Positions 1 through 11,300 are shown, counted from the first letter of the stretch. The stretch is 64,000 bases of DNA from Candidatus Bathyarchaeota archaeon (GCA_963780185.1 CAWABA010000001.1:160001-224000), one strand, 5' to 3'. Notes: generated by a model from the letters alone, not told the origin. Translations and numbers: made by a program.

Positions 1-7
1 CCTTCTA

Positions 8-250
8 ATGGACTGCGCCAAAATATGCAGCACAAACGCAGATTTCATCCTTAGAAACTCAACCTATTACCCGCAGACATGCGGCATAACAGCCGACATC
101 TGCGATGAATGCGGCGATACATGCGACAGGTTCGATGACGATTTCATGAAGGAATGCGCCAACGTATGCAGGCGCTGTTCAGAATCCTGCCGAGAACTGG
201 CTGAGATAATCGAGCCCTCTTCTTTCGCTTACATTTTTATGCAGTTTTAG
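8..250 (+). CDS. Cys-rich four-helix bundle copper/metal-binding protein (DUF326/Csp-like), 5'-truncated by the window edge
   Basis: Repeated CxxxC/CxxC helical pattern: CAKIC, CGITADICDECGDTC, ECANVCRRCSESC. Confidence 0.8.
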   Translation: MDCAKICSTNADFILRNSTYYPQTCGITADICDECGDTCDRFDDDFMKECANVCRRCSESCRELAEIIEPSSFAYIFMQF

Positions 251-259
251 GTGGTGATT

Positions 260-410
260 TTGCCTTCAAGAGGCGTGGAAAACGACAAGCGAAAAAGACA
301 ATATGAACACTCAAGGAGTCCGAGTTAAAGCGGGAGCGTCTGAAGAGGATGCGGAACGATCGCTGCGTCAACAACTAACAGGACCAGAAAAGGCGAGACA
401 GAAAAGCTGA
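260..410 (+). pseudogene. Small basic protein (KRKRQYEH..KESE..AERIAASTTN type), broken by several indels
   Basis: Manual translation across frames gives MPSRGVENDKRKRQYEH/KESELKR/ASEEDAE/IAASTTNRTRKGETE; GGTGA SD-like sequence upstream. Indels may be read errors near the contig end. Confidence 0.45.
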
Positions 411-492
411 GGAAAGCATTTCCGCGTCGTTTTCGAGCAAATGCGAATTCTGAAAATAGCCGTTAATCGGGTAGATATGTGTTGTTTGTTGA

Positions 493-512
493 GAAAAATT
501 TATATTTAAATA
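493..512 (+). promoter_or_regulatory. BRE/TATA promoter of the thermosome gene
   Basis: GAAAAATTTATATTTAAATA about 45-60 nt upstream of the start. Confidence 0.55.
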
Positions 513-554
513 CCTGATTGTTGAACTCCGTTTATATTAAAACAATAAAAACTG

Positions 555-2229
555 GTGAAAATTATGTCTCAAGGTGGAACAGTTCCAATTCTAGTCCTTA
601 AAGAAGGAACAGGCCGAACAACAGGCCGCGAAGCGCAGAAAAACAACATCATGGCTGCAAAAATAGTGGCTGAAGCAGTGAAAAGCACGCTTGGTCCCTG
701 TGGCATGGATAAAATGCTTGTTAACAGCATGGGTGACGTCGCGATAACTAATGACGGCGCAACCATAATGAAGGAGCTTGATATTCAGCATCCCGCAGCA
801 AAAATGCTGGTTGAAGTTGCCAAAGCACAAGACAACGAGGTAGGCGACGGAACAACAACCGCGGTGATTTTAGCTGGAGAGTTACTTTCAAAGGCTGAAG
901 GCTTGCTTGACAAAAACGTGCATCCGACAGTTATAATTGAAGGTTACAAGAAGGCGAGTGAGAAAGCTCAGGAAATTCTGGATTCAATAGCTATTCCAAT
1001 CTCGATAGATGATGACAAAACTCTTAGGGATATCGCAATCACGTCTTTGGCCAGCAAAGGCATCAACGTTGCTGAAGATCACTTTGCAAAAATTATCGTC
1101 GAATCAGTTAAACAGGTTTCTGAAAAAATCGAAGGCAAATACAAAGCCGACATTGACCTCATAAAAGTCGTCAAGAAACACGGTAAAAGCCTAGACGAAA
1201 CAGAACTTGTCAAAGGAATAGTCCTCGACAAGGAAGTCGCAAGCTCACAGATGCCCAAAGTAATCGACGGCGCCAAAATCGCCCTACTCGACACAAAGAT
1301 GGAGATCGAAAAAACAGAGTTCGACGCTAAAATTAACATTGAAAGTCCGAACCAAATGCAGGCTTTCCTCGACGAAGAAGAACGCATGCTCAAAGAAATG
1401 GTTACGTCAGTTACGAAATCTGGCGCAAACGTTGTTTTCTGCGAAAAAGGCATCGACGACATGGCGCTGCATTTCCTCGGCAAAGCTGGCGTCTTGGCAG
1501 TTAAAAGCGTAAGCAGCAGCGACGTAGAAAAACTAGTCCAAAGCAACAGGTGCAACAATAGTTGCAAACGTAAAAGACCTAGGTGCTGATACACTCGGTA
1601 AAGCAAAGCGTGTCGAAGAGGTCAAAATCGGCGATGACAAACTTATCTACATACGCGAATGCAAGAACCCCAAAGCAGTAACCATCGTTATCCGAGGCGC
1701 ATCCAACCACGTTATCGACGAAGCAGAACGTTCACTGCACGACGGCTTATGTGTTGTCCGCAACGCGATTGAAGACGGAAAAATCGTTGCAGGCGGAGGC
1801 GCACCCGAAGCAGAACTAGCCAAGGGTCTACGTGCATACGCAGTTAAGGTCGGCGGGCGGGAACAGCTTGCGGTTGAAGCTTACGCAGACGCGGTTGAAG
1901 CAATTCCGCTTACGTTGGCAGAGAACGCAGGGTTAGACCCCATAGACATCATGGTTGCACTGCGGGCGCAGCATGAGAAGCCAGACAGCAAATACTTCGG
2001 CATCGAAGTCTCAACAGGCAAAATCAAAAACATGCTAACCCTACTCGTCATCGAGCCACTACGCGTAAAGCAGCAAGTCATAAAATCAGCAACCGAAGCC
2101 ACAAACATGATACTCAAAATCGACGACCTAATCAGCATAAAAGGCGGCGGAAAAATGCCTCCGATGCCTCCAGGCGGAATGGGCGGCGGCATGGGTGGCA
2201 TGGCTGGCATGGGCGGAATGCCCTACTAA
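555..2229 (+). CDS. ths: Thermosome (group II chaperonin) subunit, one apparent frameshift near 1538
   Basis: [20 protein letters not shown] and GDGTTT motifs; reading continues in a shifted frame to ORF 1915..2229 with a GGM-rich tail. Confidence 0.95.
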
Positions 2230-2361
2230 GGAGCCCAACCTTCTTCTTTCTTTAATTTTTAAGACAATTTTTCCAATGAGTTTCGATCTTTTTCCTTTCT
2301 TAAACTGTAAACTTATATTCAAAACGGCTAGACATTATTCCTTATCTCGGAGACTCGCACA

Positions 2362-3087
2362 TTGAAGCACGTTAAGATTACAGCATTCGATTGTCCCGAT
2401 GCATGGTTCAAAGCCTTAACCAGCATTTGGACTGAGGGTGACGATTTTCAAGTTGGCTACGGCTCAGAAGAAACCCTCACGAAGAAACTTAATTTGACTT
2501 TGGAAATCACCCATCCTGAGAACCGCCCTCTGGTCAGCGACAAAGCACCGTGCGACATGAAGTATGTGCAGTGGTACGCTTTGAGGTACTTGTGGTGCGG
2601 CGAAGGCAAAGAGGATGAAACATACACGTACGGCAGCAGGCTTCGGGATCCCGTTGACCAAGTTGAAGAAGCCATCAACCGGTACGCCAAAGAGCAACGG
2701 GACAGGCAAATAACGATGGTTGTGAGGTTACCTGAAGACATCAGACTTTTCCGTCCCGGCACAACCGAACGCCACGAACCCCCATGCCTAAGCCTAATCG
2801 ACACAGAAATCCTTGAGGGAAAAATGCATTTGACATGTTACTTCCGCAGCTGGGATGCCTACGGCGGATTGCCCGCAAACATCGCTGGAATCCAGCTGTT
2901 CAACGAGGCTTTCGTGGAGGAAATCAACGAGCGCGGCAATCTTTCTCTGAAAACGGGAAAACTGATTTTCCACTCCAAAAACTGCCACATCTACAAACGC
3001 CAGTTCAACCTTGTCCAGGAACTGTTGGAGCCTAAAGACAAGCTTAGCCGAATGGCAAAAGCAATGGTTAAGGAAAAAGAGGAATAA
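2362..3087 (+). CDS. thyA: Thymidylate synthase, archaeal ThyA type
   Basis: YTYGSRL, catalytic PPCL, FRSWD..GLPAN and HIY motifs. Confidence 0.85.
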   Translation: MKHVKITAFDCPDAWFKALTSIWTEGDDFQVGYGSEETLTKKLNLTLEITHPENRPLVSDKAPCDMKYVQWYALRYLWCGEGKEDETYTYGSRLRDPVDQVEEAINRYAKEQRDRQITMVVRLPEDIRLFRPGTTERHEPPCLSLIDTEILEGKMHLTCYFRSWDAYGGLPANIAGIQLFNEAFVEEINERGNLSLKTGKLIFHSKNCHIYKRQFNLVQELLEPKDKLSRMAKAMVKEKEE

Positions 3088-3103
3088 ATTGGCGCAAGCA
3101 GGT

Positions 3104-3200
3104 TTAACCTTTCTTGATCGGGCAGCCAAGGTTTGTCCACGCAGTCATCCTGTCTAGGACATTGCTGACGTTTTTGAAGCCTCTACTGCTGCCAGTCCAG
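3104..3200 (-). pseudogene. C-terminal remnant of a rhodanese-domain gene
   Basis: Minus strand reads GFKNVSNVLDRMTAWTNLGCPIKKG*, matching the rhodanese C-terminal signature GFxxVxxLxGGMxAW..GxP; an in-frame stop lies just upstream. Confidence 0.55.
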
Positions 3201-3337
3201 CAGGCGCTTTTCGCCCTGAAGCTTCTGGATGTCAGATAAAGAAATCATTTTAGGGATTTATCTATTTCCGACATCAAAAATTCAAAATTAGTTAACGGAT
3301 AAAATAATCCGTCACAGAATGGATGTGTTAAGCTTAG

Positions 3338-4186
3338 TTATCGGCTATTTAGTTTTTTGTCCCACCATATCAGCGCATGTTTGGCTGGCTTTTCGTTTTT
3401 GAAGCTGAAAGTACCTTTTTTAGATTCTTTGAGTGTTTCCTCCAGGTATTTCCGTAATTTGGTTTTTTCTTCTTCGTTGAGTTCTTCGTTCATGCCCCTT
3501 CTTTCGAACCGTTTGCTTAGTTCAGTTAATGCTTCGTCAACACTCTTGTAGGGTATTGCGTTTGCTTCGGTTTCGAAGATTTCTATGTTTGCCCGAATTC
3601 CCATCTGGTAGAGCAGATTGTAGATAACTATGTACGTGCGTGTTTCGCCGTATGGTCTACCTATAGCCTTGTACATGTCTATGTCAAACGTTCTATCGTT
3701 TGCTCCCCACACCACGTACGCTCGTTTCTTGGCAGCTTCATCCATATTTTTTAGAAACTTCTCCAAGTTGTATTCCCACCCCATTGAGCGGGAAGCAACA
3801 ACGATGTCATGCTTCTTCACGTCCTTTCCAATGACCGCTTTCTCAAAAGGCATGTTTATGCATGAAATGTTGTGAACCTTCTTTAGTTCAGCATTTTGTT
3901 TCAGGTACCTGAGCATCTCGCTTGAAACGTCGAGCCCGGTGAGGTGTTTGCATTTTTTCGCCATCGGTATTGCTAATAAACCTGGTCCGCAGCCGACATC
4001 TAAAATTGTATAGTTCGGCTTGATTTTGATTCTTTTGACGACTTGTTTACCGTAGTCGCCTGCGTTCTCTTTGTTCCATCGAGGGGCTGCGCGGTTCCAA
4101 CTTGTTGCTTTGTCTGCTCGTCCAGCGAAAAAGATTATGCCGTCACGCCAAATTGCGCTCCAATCGGTTTGATTTATTTCCGTCAT
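3338..4186 (-). CDS. Class I SAM-dependent methyltransferase
   Basis: ILDVGCGPG motif I, GLDVSSEML. Confidence 0.9.
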   Translation of the reverse strand: MTEINQTDWSAIWRDGIIFFAGRADKATSWNRAAPRWNKENAGDYGKQVVKRIKIKPNYTILDVGCGPGLLAIPMAKKCKHLTGLDVSSEMLRYLKQNAELKKVHNISCINMPFEKAVIGKDVKKHDIVVASRSMGWEYNLEKFLKNMDEAAKKRAYVVWGANDRTFDIDMYKAIGRPYGETRTYIVIYNLLYQMGIRANIEIFETEANAIPYKSVDEALTELSKRFERRGMNEELNEEEKTKLRKYLEETLKESKKGTFSFKNEKPAKHALIWWDKKLNSR

Positions 4187-4328
4187 TGTTTTCCTTCCTG
4201 TGCTCGCCGAATTCTGGTGTAGTTTTTCGCTTTGTTTTTTGGCATCCTTTGTGATGTTTTCATTCTCGAGTTCGCTGGCGCAAGCTTTTTAAATATGCGA
4301 TATGCATGTCCGAACATAACGGAGATTA

Positions 4329-5798
4329 GTGCAATTGAAAAATAAAAATGTTTACTTGACAATCGGAATAATCGTAATCCTAGTAGTTTCAATAGTAGCT
4401 TACATTCATCTCTCAAACACAACTAACAACGTAGCATCACCTTCTGCAACTCTTACACCTTCACCAAAGCCGACCACAACCGCAACCGCCACACCTACTT
4501 CAACTGCTTCACCCAGCTCAACTCAAACATCGGCAACAACAACTCCGACATCAACAGCGGCATCTGATGTTTCCGTCACTTTCACGGCGTCGGGTTTGGA
4601 TAGCTCAGCAACCAGCACGGTAGTAATAACCCCTCAGGGCAATGTAACTTATTCTCAGTTGCCTTTCACAATGTCGGTTGCTTCTGGAACAGACGTTTCT
4701 TTCTCCTTCCAGTCCAACGTGACCACCACGGTTGCAGACTGCTTATTCACGTTATCTAACAGTCCAAGCTTCAGTTCCACCGTCGTGACTGCTCCAACAA
4801 CACTAAGCGCCACCTATGGAAGAGCAATTATAGATTACAGCGGGACCATTGTGCAATTGCCTGCAGCATCGCAAATCAACCGAATAGCAGACTCATGGGC
4901 AGCCCACAACACCATCTTGGTCATGTGCGGAGCAGGAAACAAAATTGTAGCCACCACCCCAACGGACACCACAATTACCATGTTCAACTATATTCTACCC
5001 GGCATGTCAACGATGTCAGCTCCCTTCGACAGTTCAGGCAACCCCAATATTGAACAACTTCTTGCAGACAACCCCAACATAGTCTTCATGTCCTACAGTG
5101 CCAGTTCCACCGCGGCGTACCAATCCATGGTAAGCGCTGGCTTGTGTGTGGTCAGATTGTACTTCGCGACTTTCCCAAATATGCTCACTACAGTTCAGCA
5201 AACCGGGTGGATTCTAGGCCCCACTGCGCTGGTCAAAGCAAATGCTTACATATCGTACTTCAACGGTGTCCTCAGTAACACCACCGCGGTTACGTCTCAA
5301 ATTCCACAGAGCCAAAAAGTCACAGTGATGCATATCAGCGGCACAAGTCCACTCTACGTCGACGGAGCCAACAGCCTCATTGATACATGGATAACCACGT
5401 GCGGAGGAATCAACGCTGCATCGTCAGTCAGCGGTAACATGCAACAGGTAACCCTTGAACAAGAGCTTTCATGGAATCCACAAGTAATCTTGATCGGATC
5501 AGCCGCTGCCACTACGATACAAAGCCAAATTTTGGGTAATTCACAATATAGCCAAGTGAGCGCTGTGGTTAACGGGAAAGTCAGCGTTAATCCGATGGGC
5601 GTTTTTGATTGGAGCCGCTACAGCGTAGAAGAAGCACTTAACCTTCAATGGGTCGCCAAGACACTGTACCCTAACCTGTTCACCAACATCGACATAGCAG
5701 CGCAAACCAAATACTTCTACCAGACATTCTACGGATACACACTTTCCGACGCCCAAGTAACCGCGATCTTGAACAACACAACTCCACCCCCAACATAA
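4329..5798 (+). CDS. ABC transporter substrate-binding protein (FecB/BtuF class) with N-terminal TM anchor, Ser/Thr/Pro linker and extra beta-rich domain
   Basis: N-terminal hydrophobic helix; TPSPKPTTTATATP linker; PNIEQLLADNPNIVF and LEQELSWNPQVI helical-backbone metal receptor motifs; upstream of a FecCD permease. Confidence 0.85.
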   Translation: MQLKNKNVYLTIGIIVILVVSIVAYIHLSNTTNNVASPSATLTPSPKPTTTATATPTSTASPSSTQTSATTTPTSTAASDVSVTFTASGLDSSATSTVVITPQGNVTYSQLPFTMSVASGTDVSFSFQSNVTTTVADCLFTLSNSPSFSSTVVTAPTTLSATYGRAIIDYSGTIVQLPAASQINRIADSWAAHNTILVMCGAGNKIVATTPTDTTITMFNYILPGMSTMSAPFDSSGNPNIEQLLADNPNIVFMSYSASSTAAYQSMVSAGLCVVRLYFATFPNMLTTVQQTGWILGPTALVKANAYISYFNGVLSNTTAVTSQIPQSQKVTVMHISGTSPLYVDGANSLIDTWITTCGGINAASSVSGNMQQVTLEQELSWNPQVILIGSAAATTIQSQILGNSQYSQVSAVVNGKVSVNPMGVFDWSRYSVEEALNLQWVAKTLYPNLFTNIDIAAQTKYFYQTFYGYTLSDAQVTAILNNTTPPPT

Positions 5799-5832
5799 AC
5801 AACCTTGGCTAAAGAAAAAAGGCTGAAACCCC

Positions 5833-6888
5833 ATGACCGAGGCAAATGACAAGAAACGCAGAATACTTTCAAGCGATAAATTCAAAGGCGCTCTCTTGCT
5901 CATTTGCACGGTACTTGTTTTTATAATATCCTTAGGCTTAGGAAGATACAACGTTCCAGTACCTGACTTAATTAAAATCTTGTTTTCAACATTCTTGAAA
6001 ATCCATCAAGATTGGTCATCCACAATGACAACTGTCGTATTAAACGTTAGACTGCCACGTTTGATAATGGTTGCTTTGGTGGGGGCCGCTCTGGCAATTT
6101 CAGGAGCTTCTTTCCAAGCCGTCCTGAAGAATCCGCTGGTTTCCTCCGACATACTGGGCGTATCGGCTGGGGCTGGTTTTGGTGCGGCAGTCGGTATTTA
6201 CTTTAATCTGAACATAATTTCGGTGCAGGTTCTTGCGATAACCGTAGGAATGGGCGCGGTCGGAATGGCTTATGCCATTTACACTTTAACGAAAAAGTCA
6301 TCCACCCTAATTCTCGTTCTATCCGGCATAATCATCGCCTCGTTTTTTTCCGCATTGGTTTCTCTGATGAAGTTTCTCGCAAATCAAAGCGCTGCCAACA
6401 ACGCCTCTTTCACGGCTATCGTCTTCTGGCTCTTAGGAAGTTTTTCGAACGCTGGCACATACGCAAACGTCATCCAGTTTGTACCGCCAATCATAATCGG
6501 CATAGCTGTCCTTTTGCTGCTGAGATGGCGGATTAACGTTCTTTCGCTAGAAGACACTGAAGCCAAGGCCTTAGGGGTCAACGTCAAAAGAGATCAAGGC
6601 ATCGTCATATTTTTTGCCACTCTTATAACAGCCTCGGCAGTGAGCGTGGCTGGTCTAGTGGGTTGGGTCGGATTGTTTGTGCCGCATATAGCAAGAATGT
6701 TGGTTGGATCCAACAACAGCAAAGTCTTACCTGTCTCAATATTGATAGGCATATCTTTTATGATAGCAATAGACGACATCGCCCGAACCCTCACACCCTA
6801 CGAAATCCCCATCGGTATTCTCACAGCGATAATTGGGCTTCCAATATTCGCCTACTTACTAGTACGTCAAAAGGTGGGCTGGTCATGA
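5833..6888 (+). CDS. Iron/cobalamin ABC transporter permease (FecCD/BtuC)
   Basis: VRLPRL, QAVLKNPLVSSDILGVSAGA, VGWVGLFVPHIAR. Confidence 0.95.
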   Translation: MTEANDKKRRILSSDKFKGALLLICTVLVFIISLGLGRYNVPVPDLIKILFSTFLKIHQDWSSTMTTVVLNVRLPRLIMVALVGAALAISGASFQAVLKNPLVSSDILGVSAGAGFGAAVGIYFNLNIISVQVLAITVGMGAVGMAYAIYTLTKKSSTLILVLSGIIIASFFSALVSLMKFLANQSAANNASFTAIVFWLLGSFSNAGTYANVIQFVPPIIIGIAVLLLLRWRINVLSLEDTEAKALGVNVKRDQGIVIFFATLITASAVSVAGLVGWVGLFVPHIARMLVGSNNSKVLPVSILIGISFMIAIDDIARTLTPYEIPIGILTAIIGLPIFAYLLVRQKVGWS

Positions 6889-7739
6889 AACTTGAAGTTA
6901 AAAACGCAACTTTTTCCTACAAAAAAGGCCACCCCATTTTCAAAGACATATCATTCACTCTGAAACAAGGCGAAATCTTTTGTCTTCTAGGCCCAAACGG
7001 CGCTGGCAAATCAACACTGCTAAACTGCCTCGGAAATCTGTTCGATTTGGAAGCTGGCACGATAAGTTTCGACGGCAAAGAAATTTCATCTATGAGCCGA
7101 GTGGAAATTGCAAAAAGGATTGGTTACATCCCTCAGTTTCATAATCCGGTTTTTCCTTACTTGGTTTTTGATTTTGTTTTAATGGGTCGAACTCCGTATA
7201 TCGGTGTGTTTTCTTCTCCCAAAGAGGCAGACTTGACTTTAACAAAAAAAGCTATCGAAGCGGTGGGGATTTCTCACCTGTCTCAAAAACATTATAACGA
7301 AATAAGCGGAGGAGAAAGACAGCTTGTCATGTTTGCGAAGGTGCTCGCGCAAGAACCAGACATCATCCTTCTTGACGAGCCGACTTCACATCTGGACTTT
7401 GCAAACCAGATGAAGATTCTTAGCCTGGTCGAAAACTTGGCGAAAAGTGGGTTTTCAATCATAATGACTTCCCACTTTCCTGATAATGCCTTTTTGATTT
7501 CGACTAAAGTGGGTCTCTTGAAAGGGCAATCATTTATCGACATGGGTCCAGCCAACCAAACTATCACTGAAGAAAATATGAAACGAGCGTTCGGCATGGA
7601 TGTAAAGATTGTATTCATAGAACAAGCAAATCGAAGCATATGCATCCCGCTCAAGAATCCTTCCGCCACCACAACCTTTGGGTTCTCCAAGCAGAATGAC
7701 CCTAATTCCATTGACTCTTCAAACATAAAAAACTCATAG
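6885..7739 (+). CDS. Iron/cobalamin ABC transporter ATP-binding protein
   Basis: GPNGAGKST Walker A, ISGGE signature, LLDEPTSHLD; ATG 6885 overlaps the permease stop (ATGA). Confidence 0.95.
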   Translation: MKLEVKNATFSYKKGHPIFKDISFTLKQGEIFCLLGPNGAGKSTLLNCLGNLFDLEAGTISFDGKEISSMSRVEIAKRIGYIPQFHNPVFPYLVFDFVLMGRTPYIGVFSSPKEADLTLTKKAIEAVGISHLSQKHYNEISGGERQLVMFAKVLAQEPDIILLDEPTSHLDFANQMKILSLVENLAKSGFSIIMTSHFPDNAFLISTKVGLLKGQSFIDMGPANQTITEENMKRAFGMDVKIVFIEQANRSICIPLKNPSATTTFGFSKQNDPNSIDSSNIKNS

Positions 7740-7850
7740 AAAAAAGCACGAGGCAACAACCTTTCTGTTTAAGATCATAAACTGTAAGCTTACCTGAAGG
7801 ATAATAACATTTTATAGTTTCAGGTTAACAATACAATTTAGGGAAAAATT

Positions 7851-8375
7851 ATGGGCTACGTCTCCAGATGGAAGATTCTAGAGGATTTGATGCTGGGGCT
7901 TCACAAGAAAGGCTTCGCGACTCCTCCGAACGTCATTAACGATTTAAGAAGCGCAAAATTGATGATTAAAATCGCTGAGGCAGGCGAAAGCCAAGGTGAT
8001 GCAGCTTTGAAGCTGGAAGAGATTCTTGGCAGCGTCGAATCAGAGCTTATCAACGGAGCACAAACCATCCTGAGCCCGCAAGAAGTTGACGAGTGGCTCA
8101 AACGCCTAGACGAAGCCAGCTTGCCAACCTGCGAAATAAAAAGCGAAACTGAAACCACCCTGATAACGGGCGTTCCCAGAGACCAGAAGTGGATAAGAGT
8201 CGAACCCATACCGAACCTGCCTGCAGAAAAACTCACAGTCATCGCCAAAGAAAACAGCCTTTCAGTCAAGCAGCAAAAAGACGGACGCCTCGTGGTTTAC
8301 GGTCAACAGGACAGCATCAAGGCGTTTTTGAAGAAAATGGCGGAAGCGGCACAGCCAAAAAAACAAACCCCATAG
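7851..8375 (+). CDS. DUF2096-family archaeal protein
   Basis: W..L.DL...L..KG...P..V..DLRSAK N-terminal pattern. Confidence 0.7.
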   Translation: MGYVSRWKILEDLMLGLHKKGFATPPNVINDLRSAKLMIKIAEAGESQGDAALKLEEILGSVESELINGAQTILSPQEVDEWLKRLDEASLPTCEIKSETETTLITGVPRDQKWIRVEPIPNLPAEKLTVIAKENSLSVKQQKDGRLVVYGQQDSIKAFLKKMAEAAQPKKQTP

Positions 8376-8446
8376 CTAATCAGCCCTTAATTGGCGGTTT
8401 TTGTTTCGATATGTTTTTTACGTAAAGTCCGCTACTGTGGATACGC

Positions 8447-9694
8447 GTGATTGTTGTGGTGAAGCTTAAGGGGTTCCAAAAATTAACGTTAACAGACAAA
8501 GCCCTGCAAACATGGCTTGAAACGCTGCAGATTGGCAAGCCTCATGCCGAAGGGGTGTCTTTGCAGGATGCGTTAGGACGCGTTTTAGCCGAAGACTTTG
8601 TTGCCGAAGAGAGTTTGCCGCGGTTTGACAAGTCAGCCATGGACGGGTACGCGTTGAAGTCAGCGGATTCTGCAGGTGCTTCACAGTCTAAACCCGCAGT
8701 TTTCCAGCTCACCGACAGCCAAGAGATAGGCGCCAAACAAGCCAAGCAGATTTGGACAGGAAACCCAATTCCCAAAGGCGCCGACGCCGTCGTCATGCTT
8801 GAAAACACCGAGAAAAAAGAAGCCAAACTCGAGGTTTGGAGCCGACTTGTGCCAGGAGAAAACGTCGCCAAAGTAGGTGAAGACCTCAAAAAAGGCACCC
8901 TCATCGCTAAGGCGGGCGCCCGCTTGAACCCCTACCACATCGGGTTAGCCGCTGCGTTAGGTTTCAGCCAGCTGAAAGTCGCCGCGAAACCGAAAATAGG
9001 CGTGGTCGCGACGGGAAACGAGCTTGCAGAGGCTGGAGGGAAGCTGAGCGGCAGCTTGATTTTTGATTCGAACAAAGTCATGATTTCAGGCGTGTGCAGG
9101 GAACTTGGCGCTGAAACAACTGACTTTGGCATCGCAAAAGACGACGTGGACGAAATCGCCGAAAAAATCCGTTTGGCGCTCAAAACGCAGGATGCGGTGG
9201 TTACAACTGGCGGCACAAGTGTCGGCGGCTTAGATTTGGTGCCTGACGCAGTTAACAAGCTGGGAAAGCCAGGCGTGGTAGTTCACGGCGTCGCGCTAAG
9301 ACCTGCAATGCCCACAGCTCTCGCCATGCTGGAAGGCAAACCCGTCTTGATTTTGTCAGGTAACCCAGTTGCGGCAATCGTTGGGTTTGAGGTGTTCGGG
9401 CGACCGATGGTTTGCAGGTTGCTTGGCATGAAGGAAACGGAGCCGAGACCCATGCTGAAGGCTGTTTTGGCGAGGCGGGTTGCGAGTGCGCTGGGAAGAA
9501 AAACCTACGTTCGGGTCCGCGTAACCTTGAAAGAGGGCGAGTTTTATGCTGAACCAGTCAGCGCGAAGGGTTCAGGTTCAATATCCACGATGACGCAGAG
9601 CAACGGGTTCCTTGTGGTTCCTGAAAACCGTGAAGGCGTAAGCGAAGGCGAAACAGTCGCCGTGCACATGTTCGGCACCGTGGAGGCTGCCTAA
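8447..9694 (+). CDS. moeA: Molybdopterin molybdotransferase MoeA (copy 1)
   Basis: SAMDGYA, TGNPIPKGADAVVMLE, TTGGTSVG, LSGNPVA. Confidence 0.95.
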   Translation: MIVVVKLKGFQKLTLTDKALQTWLETLQIGKPHAEGVSLQDALGRVLAEDFVAEESLPRFDKSAMDGYALKSADSAGASQSKPAVFQLTDSQEIGAKQAKQIWTGNPIPKGADAVVMLENTEKKEAKLEVWSRLVPGENVAKVGEDLKKGTLIAKAGARLNPYHIGLAAALGFSQLKVAAKPKIGVVATGNELAEAGGKLSGSLIFDSNKVMISGVCRELGAETTDFGIAKDDVDEIAEKIRLALKTQDAVVTTGGTSVGGLDLVPDAVNKLGKPGVVVHGVALRPAMPTALAMLEGKPVLILSGNPVAAIVGFEVFGRPMVCRLLGMKETEPRPMLKAVLARRVASALGRKTYVRVRVTLKEGEFYAEPVSAKGSGSISTMTQSNGFLVVPENREGVSEGETVAVHMFGTVEAA

Positions 9695-10946
9695 GTGTTT
9701 AGGAAGCTTATGACGTTTGAGGAAGCCCAAAGAGCCATCGCATCCCACTTTAAGCCTGCTGCTTTAGGCGAGGAAGAGGCGGTGCTGCTTGAAGCTTACA
9801 ACCGCGTCCTAGCCGAAGACGTGGTTTCAACGCTGGATATTCCGTCGTTTAGCCGCTCCACCATGGATGGGTACGCAGTTAAAGCCGAGGACACTTTCGG
9901 AGCAGACGAAAACCAGCCTGCCACCCTCAAAGTCACAGGCGTAGTGAACATCGGCGAGCAGCCGCAGGTCAAGGTCGGCAAGGGCGAAGCGGTTGAAATC
10001 GTCACTGGAGCGCCGATTCCCGAAGGCGCCGACGCAGTCGTCATGGTTGAGGACACCGAACGGGAAGACACCGACCTACACGTTTTCAGCCCCGTCACCC
10101 CCAACGAGAACGTTATGAAACGCGGCTCAGACATCAAAACGGGCGAAGTGGCCCTCAAAAAAGGGCAGCTTTTGGGTTCATCAGAAATCGGCGTTTTAGC
10201 GGCTTTGGGTTTAACAAAGGTTAAGGTTTCAAGAATTCCCATGATTGCCGTTTTATCAACAGGCGGCGAAGTAACTGAGCCCGGCAAGCCTTTGCCGCCG
10301 GGAAAAATCTACGACATCAACGCTTACAGCATCAGCACCGCGGTTACGGAAAGCGGCGGCAAACCCGTTTACTTCGGCGTGGTAGCCGACGATAAAGAAG
10401 CGTTGTCTAAGGCTTTGCATGCGGCTTTGGCTTCAGCTGACATGGTTATAACCTCAGGCGGCGTCTCGGTGGGTCCACGCGATTACACTCCGCAAATCGT
10501 AGATTCGCTGGGCAAACCCGGCATCGTAGTCTACGGCATCGCAGTTAAACCAGGCAAACCAACCACAGTCGGGTTCGTCGGGGACAAACCTGTTTTTTCC
10601 CTGCCAGGCAACCCCACGTCGGCTTTGCTGATTTTCTATTTGCTGGCTAGACCCCTGATTCAGCAGTTAGCCGGCAGACCCGTCGGCGCCATGAAAACGC
10701 TTCAGAGCCTTCGCAGGTCAACGCATGTTCAGCGCCAAGGGCAGACGAACGTTTGTTATGGTTCGTTTGATGTTTGATGAAAAATGCCGTTTAATTGCTG
10801 AACCCGTTGAATCAGGCGCTTCAGGCGCAATTACCACATTGGCGAAGGCTGACGGGTTCGTGGAGATTCCTGAAAACGAGCAGTTTGTAGATGCAGACCA
10901 AGAGGTGCTGGTTTTTCTTTTCCGCAGCGTGCCCGGCAAAGCTTAG
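9695..10946 (+). CDS. moeA: Molybdopterin molybdotransferase MoeA (copy 2), apparent frameshift near 10705
   Basis: STMDGYA, TGAPIPEGADAVVMVE, SGGVSVG, KPGKP, LPGNP; C-terminus in ORF 10725..10946 (SGAITTLAKADG). Confidence 0.92.
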
Positions 10947-10965
10947 CAACGATAAAAGCATTTTT

Positions 10966-11133
10966 TTATAGAATGCCGTGTTTGTCGAGGACTGCTTTCA
11001 CGGTCTTAGAAATCTTTGCTTCTTCTATTTGCTCATGCAGATAGGCCCTCGCTTGCTCCAGCACGTTGGCTTTTTGAGAATCGGTCAGGTCCAGCCAATT
11101 AATTTTTTGTGTTTCCGTGTTCTCTACCCGCAT
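10966..11133 (-). CDS. Small hypothetical protein, 55 aa (not in ORF track)
   Basis: Manual translation MRVENTETQKINWLDLTDSQKANVLEQARAYLHEQIEEAKISKTVKAVLDKHGIL*; fills the gap between genes. Confidence 0.55.
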   Translation of the reverse strand: MRVENTETQKINWLDLTDSQKANVLEQARAYLHEQIEEAKISKTVKAVLDKHGIL

Positions 11134-11300
11134 CTGAATGTCTGTTTTCTTAATAAATCACTTGTTCTTGACATGTAATATATCCAAAATGGGTATATCC
11201 CCAAGGCACGCGCTTTAAATCTGCCTGAAAATGAAAATTCAAATAAAAATTAGCCCTTGTGGCTAGAGCCAACGAAAACGGCGGGCTCAAAAAATTGGGT

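Noticed and set aside
2140-2229. GGC-ATG tandem repeats
   Set aside because: Ordinary GGM tail of the chaperonin
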